Of a DNA stretch of 60,354 bases, positions 30,971 through 39,865 are shown piece by piece (within the stretch, counting starts at the first letter, position 1; every line of letters begins with the position of its first letter). Under the pieces are notes generated by a model. That model did not search any database. It was not told the origin of the DNA and saw nothing but the letters and a program-made list of their open reading frames with translations. The DNA comes from Clostridia bacterium (GTDB lineage: Bacteria > Bacillota > Clostridia > Christensenellales > QALW01): assembly GCA_017516345.1 (NCBI GenBank), contig JAFXDC010000027.1, positions 1-60,354 of the forward strand, given 5' to 3'. The position numbers and the translations under genes are program-made.

Positions 30971-31004
30971 AAAAAAGGACGAAGGAGTTAACTCTTCGTC
31001 CCTT
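30971..31004 (-). terminator. Terminator after the DUF1540 gene
   Basis: AAAAAAGGACGAAG-N9-CTTCGTCC. Confidence 0.7.
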
Positions 31005-31061
31005 ACGCTCATGCACCGCAGCATCATATATTTGACGTTGCGAATCCTTTAGCGATATATT

Positions 31062-31397
31062 TCAAAATAAAGACCGAGGCTTATATGAAGCGCAGGTATA
31101 CGTTCTGTCCTGCCGTTTCGCCTGCTCCACCCGTATCATTTGGGCTCTGCACAGACGGTTATGGTTGTGGACACAACCCGTTGCACTGCACGAGATATCC
31201 GTATCCTTATAGGCTATATCAATCATGCCCATTTCCTGCTTTAAAAGCGAAGCCTCGGCCCTCACCTTGGGTCTGAAGCTGGCGCAGAAAATACAGCTCA
31301 TCTCTCTGTTTTCACAGCATATCTTAATATGCTTGTGCTCACATTTACACTCACCGTTATGCGCACAATTTACAGCGTCACACTTAACGATACTCAA
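31062..31397 (-). CDS. Tandem DUF1540 Cys-rich small protein
   Basis: Two C....C.HN....C....I.(I/V)...C.S(F/Y) repeats; TTG start after GAGGTGAGAGG. Confidence 0.85.
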   Translation of the reverse strand: MSIVKCDAVNCAHNGECKCEHKHIKICCENREMSCIFCASFRPKVRAEASLLKQEMGMIDIAYKDTDISCSATGCVHNHNRLCRAQMIRVEQAKRQDRTYTCASYKPRSLF

Positions 31398-31421
31398 AGC
31401 CTCTCACCTCGATCTCACAGT

Positions 31422-31451
31422 TATTATTACCCCAATTGCTCCATTATATTC
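31422..31451 (-). promoter_or_regulatory. Forespore sigma-F/sigma-G type promoter of the DUF1540 gene
   Basis: GAATA-N15-GGTAATAATA; the -10 element and spacing fit GYATA-N15-GGnnAnAHTR, and the -35 has one mismatch. Confidence 0.65.
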
Positions 31452-31538
31452 TCACTTTTTAAAGCTTTTATTGTTAATTTCAGGAATGATTTTTTCAAAA
31501 CCGTACATAATAATATAAAAGCTTTAAGGAGATTTCTT

Positions 31539-31784
31539 ATGGATCAGACAACCGGCATTCGCTCCCAGGTTCGGGCTCATCTGGGTAAGGAGGTCACCAT
31601 AGTTGCCGATCGCGGCCGCAAGCGCAAGGCCCACTACAGCGGCATACTGCAGGGCGCGTACACCAACGTTTTTACCATCAGCTGCGACCTCTACGGCAAA
31701 AAGCAAAGCCTCACCTATTCCTATAACGATATCATCACGGGCAACGTGACCTTCGTTCGTCAAAAAAAGCAAAGCGGCGCATAA
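31539..31784 (+). CDS. veg: Veg family protein
   Basis: G..V...A..GRK, G.L...Y..VF.I and YSY.DI.T..V motifs; ATG 31539 after AAGGAG. Confidence 0.9.
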   Translation: MDQTTGIRSQVRAHLGKEVTIVADRGRKRKAHYSGILQGAYTNVFTISCDLYGKKQSLTYSYNDIITGNVTFVRQKKQSGA

Positions 31785-31898
31785 AAATTGCTCGGCATCA
31801 GCGTTGTGTCAGATGGACACCGCCAAGCCGAGCTTTTTTATTATTTTGCATCTTTAAGCTTCGCCTCTTCAGGCGTCCGTCTCTTTGGGCTTCGCCTG

Positions 31899-33893
31899 TT
31901 AAAGCGCCTTTTCATCTCGGTCTGCCTCCTCAAGGGTAATGAACGCGACACTGCACCTTTTCTCCCCGTTAAGAAGGAAAATGCTCATATCACAGGCATT
32001 ATTAAAGCTGATGACCGCCTGCACGTCCCTTTCCTCTCCCGCCTTAAGCAACACAGATCTCGGCGCGATAAGGGTGGCCCCATCCGACTCAAAGCCGATG
32101 CCCACCTCTCGGTCGCGATCGGTAAAATTACAGCACTTAAGGATCAGGTCGTTTCCCCCCTTCTTAAGCAGATATCCGCTTGTTATTACCTCTCCCTCGC
32201 CCCTGTGCGGGTTGGGAAAATAGGGGAAGCTCTCCTTGGGGAGCACCGCCTTTACCACAAGCCTGCACTCCTCGGTCAGCCTCTCGGCCTCCGGCCGCCT
32301 TACCTCTGTCTCCTCCGTGAGGTATACCTCCCTCGGTATCCTGTTAAAATGCAGATATTTAGGCATCACGCCAACCCTTACCCGCAGGACTCCGCCCGAA
32401 GGCATACAGCATTTTTCTCTGCCGTTCATATCCGCCACCATAACAAGCGTGTCAGCGGGAACCTCCACCTCGCGCTCCTCATGGCTCCACAGCACAAGCA
32501 CCTCATCCTTGCCCGTATCAACGGCATATCCGTGCACTCCCAGCGTGGTCCTGCCCATGACCCTTCCCTTACCGAGATTATAGCAAAGTGCGGCAAGAGC
32601 GCTATATTCGGGAAGCAGGGTCTCGTCATCCGACATCATTCCAAAGCCTACGCCACCCTCGTAATATCCGGGCAGCATAAACGGAAACACCTTGTCCACG
32701 CCGTAATACGCCGCCTCTATGGCGGCAGTGGCTGTGTAAAGCGCGCATTGATAATTCTTTAAAAGTGTGCCCTGATCCTCGGGACGCATGATTATAGCCC
32801 CGGTCTCGGTGAGCCACGCCGCCTTATTCCCGTTTGTGCGGCAATTATCCATATGCCTTACCGTGGCCTCCTTATCAAGGGCGGGAGCCGCACTTTTGGC
32901 GGGGAAAACGTAGGTGTGGAAGTTGTACACCTGCATATAATCCATAAGCTGATTATTCATCATGCATCTTCCGTAATCGGAACGGTCGGGCACCCTGGCA
33001 TATGCTCCAAGCACCCTCAAGCAGCTCGCTCCGCTATCCTCAAGCCCTATTGCGAATGCCTTTACAAACGCCGAGTACTCATCGGGCATTCCTCCGGTAA
33101 AATAGGTCACGTCCTGCTCGTTCCATATCTCCCAAGCATCCACCACCTCATTAAAATGCTCTCCGATGCGTTGCGCAACGGCGCGCACCTGCTCAAGGCT
33201 GTCTCCCATTGCGCAGTGTCTGCAAAGCCATTGGGGCTGATCGTGGAAGGTAACACTTATCTTTACACCCATCCTTTTAAGACATCCAAAGGCATGGTCG
33301 TAATTCTCAAAATCATAGCCGTTTGGAGTGCAGATATCATTTAACCGTATACGCTCGCGCACCCAGCCCACTCCAAGCGCATCTATAAGCCGCGCATAAG
33401 CCTCCCGTTTTTCCCTTGGAACGTGCCAAGCCGAGGCATGATCCACTCCGAAAGGGGAATCAAAATGCTTTTCGCGATTTTTATGAATAATGGCAAAATA
33501 GGCGTGCACGGCATTTTCCTTAAGCTTAAGGGTGAGCCTGTAGTGCCCCGCCTTGAGAGCCGCTCTTGTAAAGTCCAGCCTGAACCTTCCCCCCGACTGC
33601 TCCACTGCCACAGTCCCCTTAAAGGTCTCGCCGTTCAGGGTGTTGCGCACCTTATATTTGATGCTTCCTAAAAGAGATGGCGCACTCACCGTGAAATCCA
33701 CGGTATCACCCTTAATAAACATGCCCATCACGCCGCCACAGCTTACGCTCCAGCCCTCGGCATTCCCGCCGAGGTACACCACCCTTGGCGGCATTGCGCT
33801 TATGGGCACCTCCTCGGCGCAGACTATTTTCACCTCACCGCTTATCTCCTTGGCATCCTTTTGCCATGTTGCATTGTTTTGCTCGTCCTGCAT
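31899..33893 (-). CDS. Clan GH-A glycoside hydrolase (GH39-like), no signal peptide
   Basis: SPFGV, LGVGWVR, WEIWNEQD (acid/base), NFHTY, WLTETG (nucleophile). Confidence 0.75.
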   Translation of the reverse strand: MQDEQNNATWQKDAKEISGEVKIVCAEEVPISAMPPRVVYLGGNAEGWSVSCGGVMGMFIKGDTVDFTVSAPSLLGSIKYKVRNTLNGETFKGTVAVEQSGGRFRLDFTRAALKAGHYRLTLKLKENAVHAYFAIIHKNREKHFDSPFGVDHASAWHVPREKREAYARLIDALGVGWVRERIRLNDICTPNGYDFENYDHAFGCLKRMGVKISVTFHDQPQWLCRHCAMGDSLEQVRAVAQRIGEHFNEVVDAWEIWNEQDVTYFTGGMPDEYSAFVKAFAIGLEDSGASCLRVLGAYARVPDRSDYGRCMMNNQLMDYMQVYNFHTYVFPAKSAAPALDKEATVRHMDNCRTNGNKAAWLTETGAIIMRPEDQGTLLKNYQCALYTATAAIEAAYYGVDKVFPFMLPGYYEGGVGFGMMSDDETLLPEYSALAALCYNLGKGRVMGRTTLGVHGYAVDTGKDEVLVLWSHEEREVEVPADTLVMVADMNGREKCCMPSGGVLRVRVGVMPKYLHFNRIPREVYLTEETEVRRPEAERLTEECRLVVKAVLPKESFPYFPNPHRGEGEVITSGYLLKKGGNDLILKCCNFTDRDREVGIGFESDGATLIAPRSVLLKAGEERDVQAVISFNNACDMSIFLLNGEKRCSVAFITLEEADRDEKAL

Positions 33894-34044
33894 ATACTAC
33901 CTCGTAAAAACATTATTTGCTTGGTTATTTTATCAAACGCTTTGTTATATTATAACCCATCCTATACCCGCTTTCAATATAAAACCGTATTTTTTATGGT
34001 TTTTTTATGATTTCCCATCTGTTTATTTAAGTATGTATTGATAT

Positions 34045-34072
34045 AAAAAAAGCGGAGGTATCCTCCGCTTTT
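34045..34072 (-). terminator. Terminator closing the 8-gene transporter operon
   Basis: GCGGAGG-TAT-CCTCCGC with A7 on the left (T7 on minus), about 10 bp past the last stop codon. Confidence 0.85.
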
Positions 34073-34082
34073 AAGTCTGTTA

Positions 34083-35144
34083 TTAACCAACCATACCCGA
34101 ACGCTCGATGGATTCAACGAAGAATCTCTGGCAGAACAGATAAAGGATGATAAGGGGTGTGATGTGCATGATAAGCAGTGCACCGCTATAGATCTCGGTA
34201 AGAGCCGCAGGTGCCTGGGTCTGACCAAGAACGTGGGTAACGTAACCGCTTGCCGCGCTTCCTATCTTCATGGAGAGCACCTCTGCCTGAGGATACATCA
34301 TGGTAAGATAGGTGGTGTCGTTATACTGCCATACGAATGCAAACAGGAATACCGTTACCATGATGGGCAACGAGCTGGGGAGCATTATCTGCCAGAAGGT
34401 ACGGAAGGTGCCCGCACCGTCTATGTAGGAGGCCTCCTCAAGCTCCTTGGGCTGGTTACGGAAGTACTGCCTGAGCATAAAGATGAACAGTCCGTTCTTG
34501 AACATTACGCAGGTCGCACTCATTACCGCCAGGATGGGCCAACCGGCAAGCTTGATGCCGTTGCCACCCTTCATGCTGAATATCTCAGGAGATATCGTAA
34601 ACATGGTAAGGGGGTTGAAGTTTGAGAAGCGCATCTTCATGGTGTCGGCGATAAGCTGTATCGGAACCACCAGAGTTGCAAGAACAAGGAAGAATACAAA
34701 GCCATTACCCTTGAACTTAAATCTCGCAAGACCGTAGGCAACCAGAGTACAGGATGCCATCTGCAAAAGTCCAAGTCCGAGTGAGGATACTACAGAGCCC
34801 AGGAAAAGCTTGGGGATCTTAACGTAGTTCCACATTGCAACGTAGTTCTCAATGGTGGGATGGCGGGGTATGAACAGAACGGTCTGGTCATACACGTCGG
34901 CGGTGGTACGTATCGAGGTGGTGAACTGAACGAATATCGGATAGATGATAAGCCAGCACAGACCAATGATAAGCACGCCTCTGATTATTGCCCACAAGAA
35001 TTTTCTCAGCTTCTTGGATTTGAAGAAAGCAAGCACAGCCTTCCATCCCTTGGCCTTTTCAATGGTGTAGGAATCAACCTCATCCGCGCCAACCAGATTA
35101 ACCTTTTTTTCTACTTTCTTTTTAGCAAATAACATACTTATCAC
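34083..35144 (-). CDS. Carbohydrate ABC permease (MalG-like), second pair
   Basis: AYGLARFKF.G, EAA loop PKELEEASYIDGA, FFVESIERSG end. Confidence 0.92.
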   Translation of the reverse strand: MISMLFAKKKVEKKVNLVGADEVDSYTIEKAKGWKAVLAFFKSKKLRKFLWAIIRGVLIIGLCWLIIYPIFVQFTTSIRTTADVYDQTVLFIPRHPTIENYVAMWNYVKIPKLFLGSVVSSLGLGLLQMASCTLVAYGLARFKFKGNGFVFFLVLATLVVPIQLIADTMKMRFSNFNPLTMFTISPEIFSMKGGNGIKLAGWPILAVMSATCVMFKNGLFIFMLRQYFRNQPKELEEASYIDGAGTFRTFWQIMLPSSLPIMVTVFLFAFVWQYNDTTYLTMMYPQAEVLSMKIGSAASGYVTHVLGQTQAPAALTEIYSGALLIMHITPLIILYLFCQRFFVESIERSGMVG

Positions 35145-36433
35145 CCCCTGTTCTTACGTACTTTTGTGTCGTTTTCGTTATACACGAACAGCGACGTTAT
35201 TACCGAAACGATTACTATCAATATCGCGGTTACAAGGAAGTACATCCAACCCATTGCCATTCTGTCCGAAAGGGATATCGTCGCACTGCTCGTTGTGGTG
35301 AACAGGTAGGATATCATGGGGTTGTTGGAGCCAACCAGTACGTCGATCATGGTATAAACAAGTGCAACCAGGATCATGGGCGATACCATGGGGAATGTTA
35401 TCTTCCAGAATGCCTCCCACTTGCTTGCACCCTCAACGTCCGATGCCTCGAACAGAGAAGGCGATATGGTCTGCAGTGCTGCCAGGAAGATAAGTATCTG
35501 AATACCGGAGTAAAGAACTATGTTGGAAAGCTCGCCGAATGCAGAGGTAATGAAATCTACAAAGGGCGAAAGTCCCTCGATCTCTCTTAAGAGGTTTGTC
35601 ATGGTGCTTACCATGTCCAGGCCGGTTCCGCTTACAGAGCCTGTAACCGCGGATCCGAAGCGCGCTACCTCCCAGCTACCGTCCTTTACCCTTGCCGCAA
35701 TACCCGATGCCGTAATAACAGGCATGAAGAAGATCGCTCTTGCGGCGGTACGTCCAACGAATTTACTGTTGAGCACGTTCGCGATAAGGAAGCTGAAGAT
35801 AAGGATGGCAGGTATGTAGATAAGTCTGCCTGCGGCAGCGATGGCCTGGTTTATGAAGTTCAGGTTCTTGGTGACCGCCTTGATGTAGTTGTCAAGGCCA
35901 ACGTATTTAAGCGCATCCTGGCTCTCGGTAGCGGTTACCACCTTGCGAACGGTCTCGCCGTTTTCGTTGGTGACCATCTCGTAGAGCACGTTGCCGTCCT
36001 TGTCATAGGTCTTCTCACCCTCGTTGTTAAGGATGAGAACGAAATACTCGGGTCTCTTGGTGATCTTCTTTACGGGGATCTCAAGCTCTACGCCAAACTC
36101 GTCCTCCACCTTCTCGGTGACAACGTTTCCGTCTGCGTCAAGCTCGTACTCGTAAATGTATTCACCCAAGGAGTCCACCACGCGCTCGCCGTTTTCGTCA
36201 AGCTGTACGACGTAATATCCCGCAGTAGCATCCGTGGGATTTACCGCTACGTACTGCGTGCAGGGCTCGGTTCTGTACACAATGCTCTGGGAGTGGATAC
36301 TCAGCATAAGCGAGGTGTACATGGGCGAAATTACAAAGAACAGGAATCCGATCAGGAAGGGCAGTACGAATAACCACCCTGCCAATGATCTTTTAGTCAT
36401 AAGGTCTAGACCTTTTCGTCTTGGTTTGTACAT
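35141..36433 (-). CDS. Carbohydrate ABC permease (MalF-like), second pair, with a ~120-aa extracellular insert
   Basis: GWLFVLPFLIG, YVGLDNY, RAIFFMP, LFEASDVEGA..WEAFWKITFP. Confidence 0.92.
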   Translation of the reverse strand: MYKPRRKGLDLMTKRSLAGWLFVLPFLIGFLFFVISPMYTSLMLSIHSQSIVYRTEPCTQYVAVNPTDATAGYYVVQLDENGERVVDSLGEYIYEYELDADGNVVTEKVEDEFGVELEIPVKKITKRPEYFVLILNNEGEKTYDKDGNVLYEMVTNENGETVRKVVTATESQDALKYVGLDNYIKAVTKNLNFINQAIAAAGRLIYIPAILIFSFLIANVLNSKFVGRTAARAIFFMPVITASGIAARVKDGSWEVARFGSAVTGSVSGTGLDMVSTMTNLLREIEGLSPFVDFITSAFGELSNIVLYSGIQILIFLAALQTISPSLFEASDVEGASKWEAFWKITFPMVSPMILVALVYTMIDVLVGSNNPMISYLFTTTSSATISLSDRMAMGWMYFLVTAILIVIVSVITSLFVYNENDTKVRKNRG

Positions 36434-39196
36434 TTATTGGCCCCCCTTAATTACGAGATAGTCTCTTGCGGGAACGGTCTTGCCGTTGACCTCGACCTCA
36501 ACCTCGTCGTAGTTTACATATACCACAGTACCGTCGCTGTAGGTGGTACTGGTGAGGTTTGTGCTGATGTTGTCATGGTCTGTGATGGTAAGCGATGCGG
36601 TGTGTCCAAGCTCGTTGTTGTAGCGAACGTAGAACTCAATGGCCTCATCGATCCAGGACTCATAGCAGGTAGCATAAACGTCCTCGAAGTATATGTTGTT
36701 TGTGTCTTTGTTGGGAGCGTACATCCAACGGTATGCCAGACCGCTACCCGTTTCTACCGCCTTGAGCATGCTCTGCAGGCTCTCACCGGACTGGTTGATG
36801 ACCTCTCCGGAATACTCCACGTAGCCGTGAACTACCATCTGGTAGAAGGGTATGGCTTCGTCTGCCATGTAGTGGTTGGAGCTGTTACCCGGGAGCTCAT
36901 AGATAACGTCGGTGCCAAGCAGGGTGTAAACGTTTCCGCCCTCAACTGCCAGGCTGATGTCGGCGTCGGAGTAATTCTTGAAGATCTCGGCGTAAACGTC
37001 CTGTACCTCATCTCTGTCCATAATGGCGTTGAGATGGTAGTCACCGGTGAGGATGTTACCCATCTTGCCAAGGGACACAGCCTTGATGTTTTTGTTCTGA
37101 ATGTCCTTTAATAAGCTCTCGGAGAGGGATTTTACCTTCTGAGGTCTTACGATGCTTGCGGCATGCATATAGTTGCCGGTGTGCATCAGGTTGTACTGAT
37201 AGTACTTAGCGTTGGAGCGGGAAAGCTGACGGGTAACGTCAAGAAGCTCCATAAAGTCGTCAAACATCTTATCCTTATAAACAAGCACCAGCTCGCACTC
37301 GGGATAAAGCGCTATGTCGTTCTCCGCCGCGTACTTCTCGAGCTTGCGATAGCCGTCCCATCCTCCAAGCTCGTTAAGAGGTCTCAAGGAGCCGAATGCG
37401 GTGTTGAACAGACCGTTGTTAGCCCAACCTCTGTATCTGACGTTGATGCCCTTGACTCCGCCGTCAACAAGCTGAGAAAGGATCTCCTGAGCCTCCTGAT
37501 AGGTGGTAAGGGTATTGAGGTAATCGTAACGGATACCCAGGAATGCGGTAACGTCGCTTACGGCACCCTCAAGCTCAAGGTTGAAGGCGATGTCGGAGGC
37601 GTTGTTTACCACCTGATTCATCTTGCCGTTCTTGATAAGATATTCTCTGTAAGTGTCGGCCATATCCGCATAATCGATATCACCCTGAAGAACAGAGTAG
37701 TTGATGCAGATATCTCCGGAGTACTTCTCCTCCTGATAGGTCTTAAGCGAGTTATTGTCGCCGAAGATGGACATATCGTCGGTCTCAATAAGACGGAAGG
37801 AGGAATATGTGTAGTTTACGTTGTTCTTGGTGTTTCTTGCAATGTCGGAAACCACGGTGCCAACTGCTTCGCCGTCCTCGATGACTGCAAAGAGTGTGCT
37901 TGTGGGCTTCTTGATGGCAAATACGGGAAGATGTCCCTGCTCTGCGAAATCAGGCTGCTTGCTGTAGTTCTTACCGCGGTCAATACCGTAAAGCTGAACC
38001 TTGAACTCGGTGGAGATGGCAACCTTGCCGTTGTTGAAGTTGATAAGAGCGCCGCTTCCGTCGGGAGTGAACATATAACCGTCCTCGGTCATATCAGCAC
38101 AGCCGAAGTACTTAAGCACGTCGATAAAGCTGATAACGTATTTGCTCTCGTTAAAAACGATGCCGTCGTTCTTTATCTGAACCTTGAGACCGTCATCGGT
38201 AAGGATGTAGTCCACGGGGATCATATACATGGCACTGCTGCCTGCGACAACGTCATATTCCTCATCCCAAGCCTTACGAAGGGTCTTTACGTCGGGATAC
38301 TGGGAATACTCCTCCATATCCTTGTGCTCCTCATACCACAGAGCAAAGAGTGCCTCCATGGCAGGTCCGGTCAGACCGTTAAGTCTGTTGGAGCGGATGA
38401 TGATGGTCTCCCCCTCGGGGATCTTCTTGATGCCGGGAACGTACATTTCGTACTTTTCCTTCATCTTGGTGGTGGAGGACTCAAACTCCTCCTTGGTCAT
38501 CTTGATGTAGATCTGATTGATGGTCATGGGGTTGGCATTGATAAGCTCCTCTCCCACTGCGGCGATCTTCTCCTCCTCGGTCATACCGATGAGCTGAGTG
38601 TAGATCTCCTTTGCCTTGTTCTTCATCCAATCGCATACCTCAACCGGCATTACCGAGGGAACCACGTAGTCCGGAAGGATATCACCAAGGATATACTTAA
38701 CTCTAAGGCCACCCTCATCGTTATAGGTGAGGTAGTAAGGCATCATTTCAGATTCGTACTCTATAGCCGAAGCCAGGTTGTTTACGCAGTCGGTGAAGCT
38801 GTTAATGGTACGCTGGCTGGCGTCGGTCTTGTCAAGAATGGTAAGAATGAGCTGGCTCTTGAGCTCGTCAGCCTTACCCGACTCGTCAATTACCTTGTCG
38901 GTGGGGTTGGAGTACCACCACTCACCGCTGCTCTTTTGCTTTAAAGCAATGTCAAGACGGTCTTTGTTGATATAAAGCTCATATTTGTCGTTTTCCTGAA
39001 CAAAGCCGTATTTTACTGTGGATCCGTTGCCCATGTCTCTGTCATGGGTCCTTGAATCGTCAACCGGGAATTCCTCAAGTCCATCCCAGTGCTCAGCTCC
39101 AAGCTTCCAGTTGTCATCTGCGCTTTGTACGCATCCGGAGAACAGACCCGCTACTATTGCCAGAACAAGAAGAAGTACTGTTAATTTCTTTTTCAT
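36434..39196 (-). CDS. Large DUF5696-like lipoprotein
   Basis: Lipobox-like FSGC; W.SNP, FGCA...DGY.F.PDGSGALI.FNNGK, LPVF, Y.GW...G, GGN.Y and PFYQMV.HGYV.YSG patterns I associate with DUF5696. Confidence 0.8.
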   Translation of the reverse strand: MKKKLTVLLLVLAIVAGLFSGCVQSADDNWKLGAEHWDGLEEFPVDDSRTHDRDMGNGSTVKYGFVQENDKYELYINKDRLDIALKQKSSGEWWYSNPTDKVIDESGKADELKSQLILTILDKTDASQRTINSFTDCVNNLASAIEYESEMMPYYLTYNDEGGLRVKYILGDILPDYVVPSVMPVEVCDWMKNKAKEIYTQLIGMTEEEKIAAVGEELINANPMTINQIYIKMTKEEFESSTTKMKEKYEMYVPGIKKIPEGETIIIRSNRLNGLTGPAMEALFALWYEEHKDMEEYSQYPDVKTLRKAWDEEYDVVAGSSAMYMIPVDYILTDDGLKVQIKNDGIVFNESKYVISFIDVLKYFGCADMTEDGYMFTPDGSGALINFNNGKVAISTEFKVQLYGIDRGKNYSKQPDFAEQGHLPVFAIKKPTSTLFAVIEDGEAVGTVVSDIARNTKNNVNYTYSSFRLIETDDMSIFGDNNSLKTYQEEKYSGDICINYSVLQGDIDYADMADTYREYLIKNGKMNQVVNNASDIAFNLELEGAVSDVTAFLGIRYDYLNTLTTYQEAQEILSQLVDGGVKGINVRYRGWANNGLFNTAFGSLRPLNELGGWDGYRKLEKYAAENDIALYPECELVLVYKDKMFDDFMELLDVTRQLSRSNAKYYQYNLMHTGNYMHAASIVRPQKVKSLSESLLKDIQNKNIKAVSLGKMGNILTGDYHLNAIMDRDEVQDVYAEIFKNYSDADISLAVEGGNVYTLLGTDVIYELPGNSSNHYMADEAIPFYQMVVHGYVEYSGEVINQSGESLQSMLKAVETGSGLAYRWMYAPNKDTNNIYFEDVYATCYESWIDEAIEFYVRYNNELGHTASLTITDHDNISTNLTSTTYSDGTVVYVNYDEVEVEVNGKTVPARDYLVIKGGQ

Positions 39197-39211
39197 ATCT
39201 TTCTCCTCCGT

Positions 39212-39865
39212 TTAATAACGCATGGTCAGCTCTCGGTAGATGGCGTAGATTACACCGAATATCTGTTGCAGCAGGAAGAAGAACAGAACGCCGATGAAGG
39301 CTACGAGGAACATACCGAAGAAAATAACTATGATCGCAAGAATGGTACCCAGTGCACCGTACTGATGTGTAACCATAGTACCGCAGTACAGAAGCATTCC
39401 GGTCCAGAGTATTCCAAAGGCCTGAACAGTGGTGAATATCGCCATCTCGTCCATGGACATAAACTGGGAAGCAACCGTAAGCACCAGGGTAACGATAATG
39501 TAGGGGGCAAGTGAGTAAGCCGTGTAGTGGAATATATCCTTAACGCTTCCCTCACCGTTAAACAGTGTGGTAATACCCCAGTTGGAGTAGCACCACAGAC
39601 CAACTATCAGAACAAATACCGCGGTATCTGTAAAGATGTTGATGCTTTCGGGTCGGATCGCGGCAGGGTTAAAGGTGTAAGCCGCGAACTGCTGGAAGAT
39701 AAGTCCCGACAAAATGAACATTACGTAAAGGGTAACCGATACCGCCGTGCGTGCCTTCTTGTCGTGCTTAAGCTCCCAAAAGCCCTTGAAGGGGTGGAGC
39801 ATGCAATAAAATACATACTTGAAGTCTTCAAAGTATTTCTTAAGAACAGGAATAATCTTATTCAT
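39212..39865 (-). CDS. Yip1-family membrane protein
   Basis: HPF.GFW.LK start, NW..TTLF.GEG, AYSL.P; about 5 TM. Confidence 0.8.
   Translation of the reverse strand: MNKIIPVLKKYFEDFKYVFYCMLHPFKGFWELKHDKKARTAVSVTLYVMFILSGLIFQQFAAYTFNPAAIRPESINIFTDTAVFVLIVGLWCYSNWGITTLFNGEGSVKDIFHYTAYSLAPYIIVTLVLTVASQFMSMDEMAIFTTVQAFGILWTGMLLYCGTMVTHQYGALGTILAIIVIFFGMFLVAFIGVLFFFLLQQIFGVIYAIYRELTMRY

Noticed and set aside
33931-34005. LacI/CcpA-type operator upstream of the GH39-like gene (TATCAAACGCTTTGTTA; AAAACCGTA-N5-TATGGTTTT)
   Set aside because: These are imperfect palindromes in AT-rich DNA with no cognate regulator nearby, too weak to call
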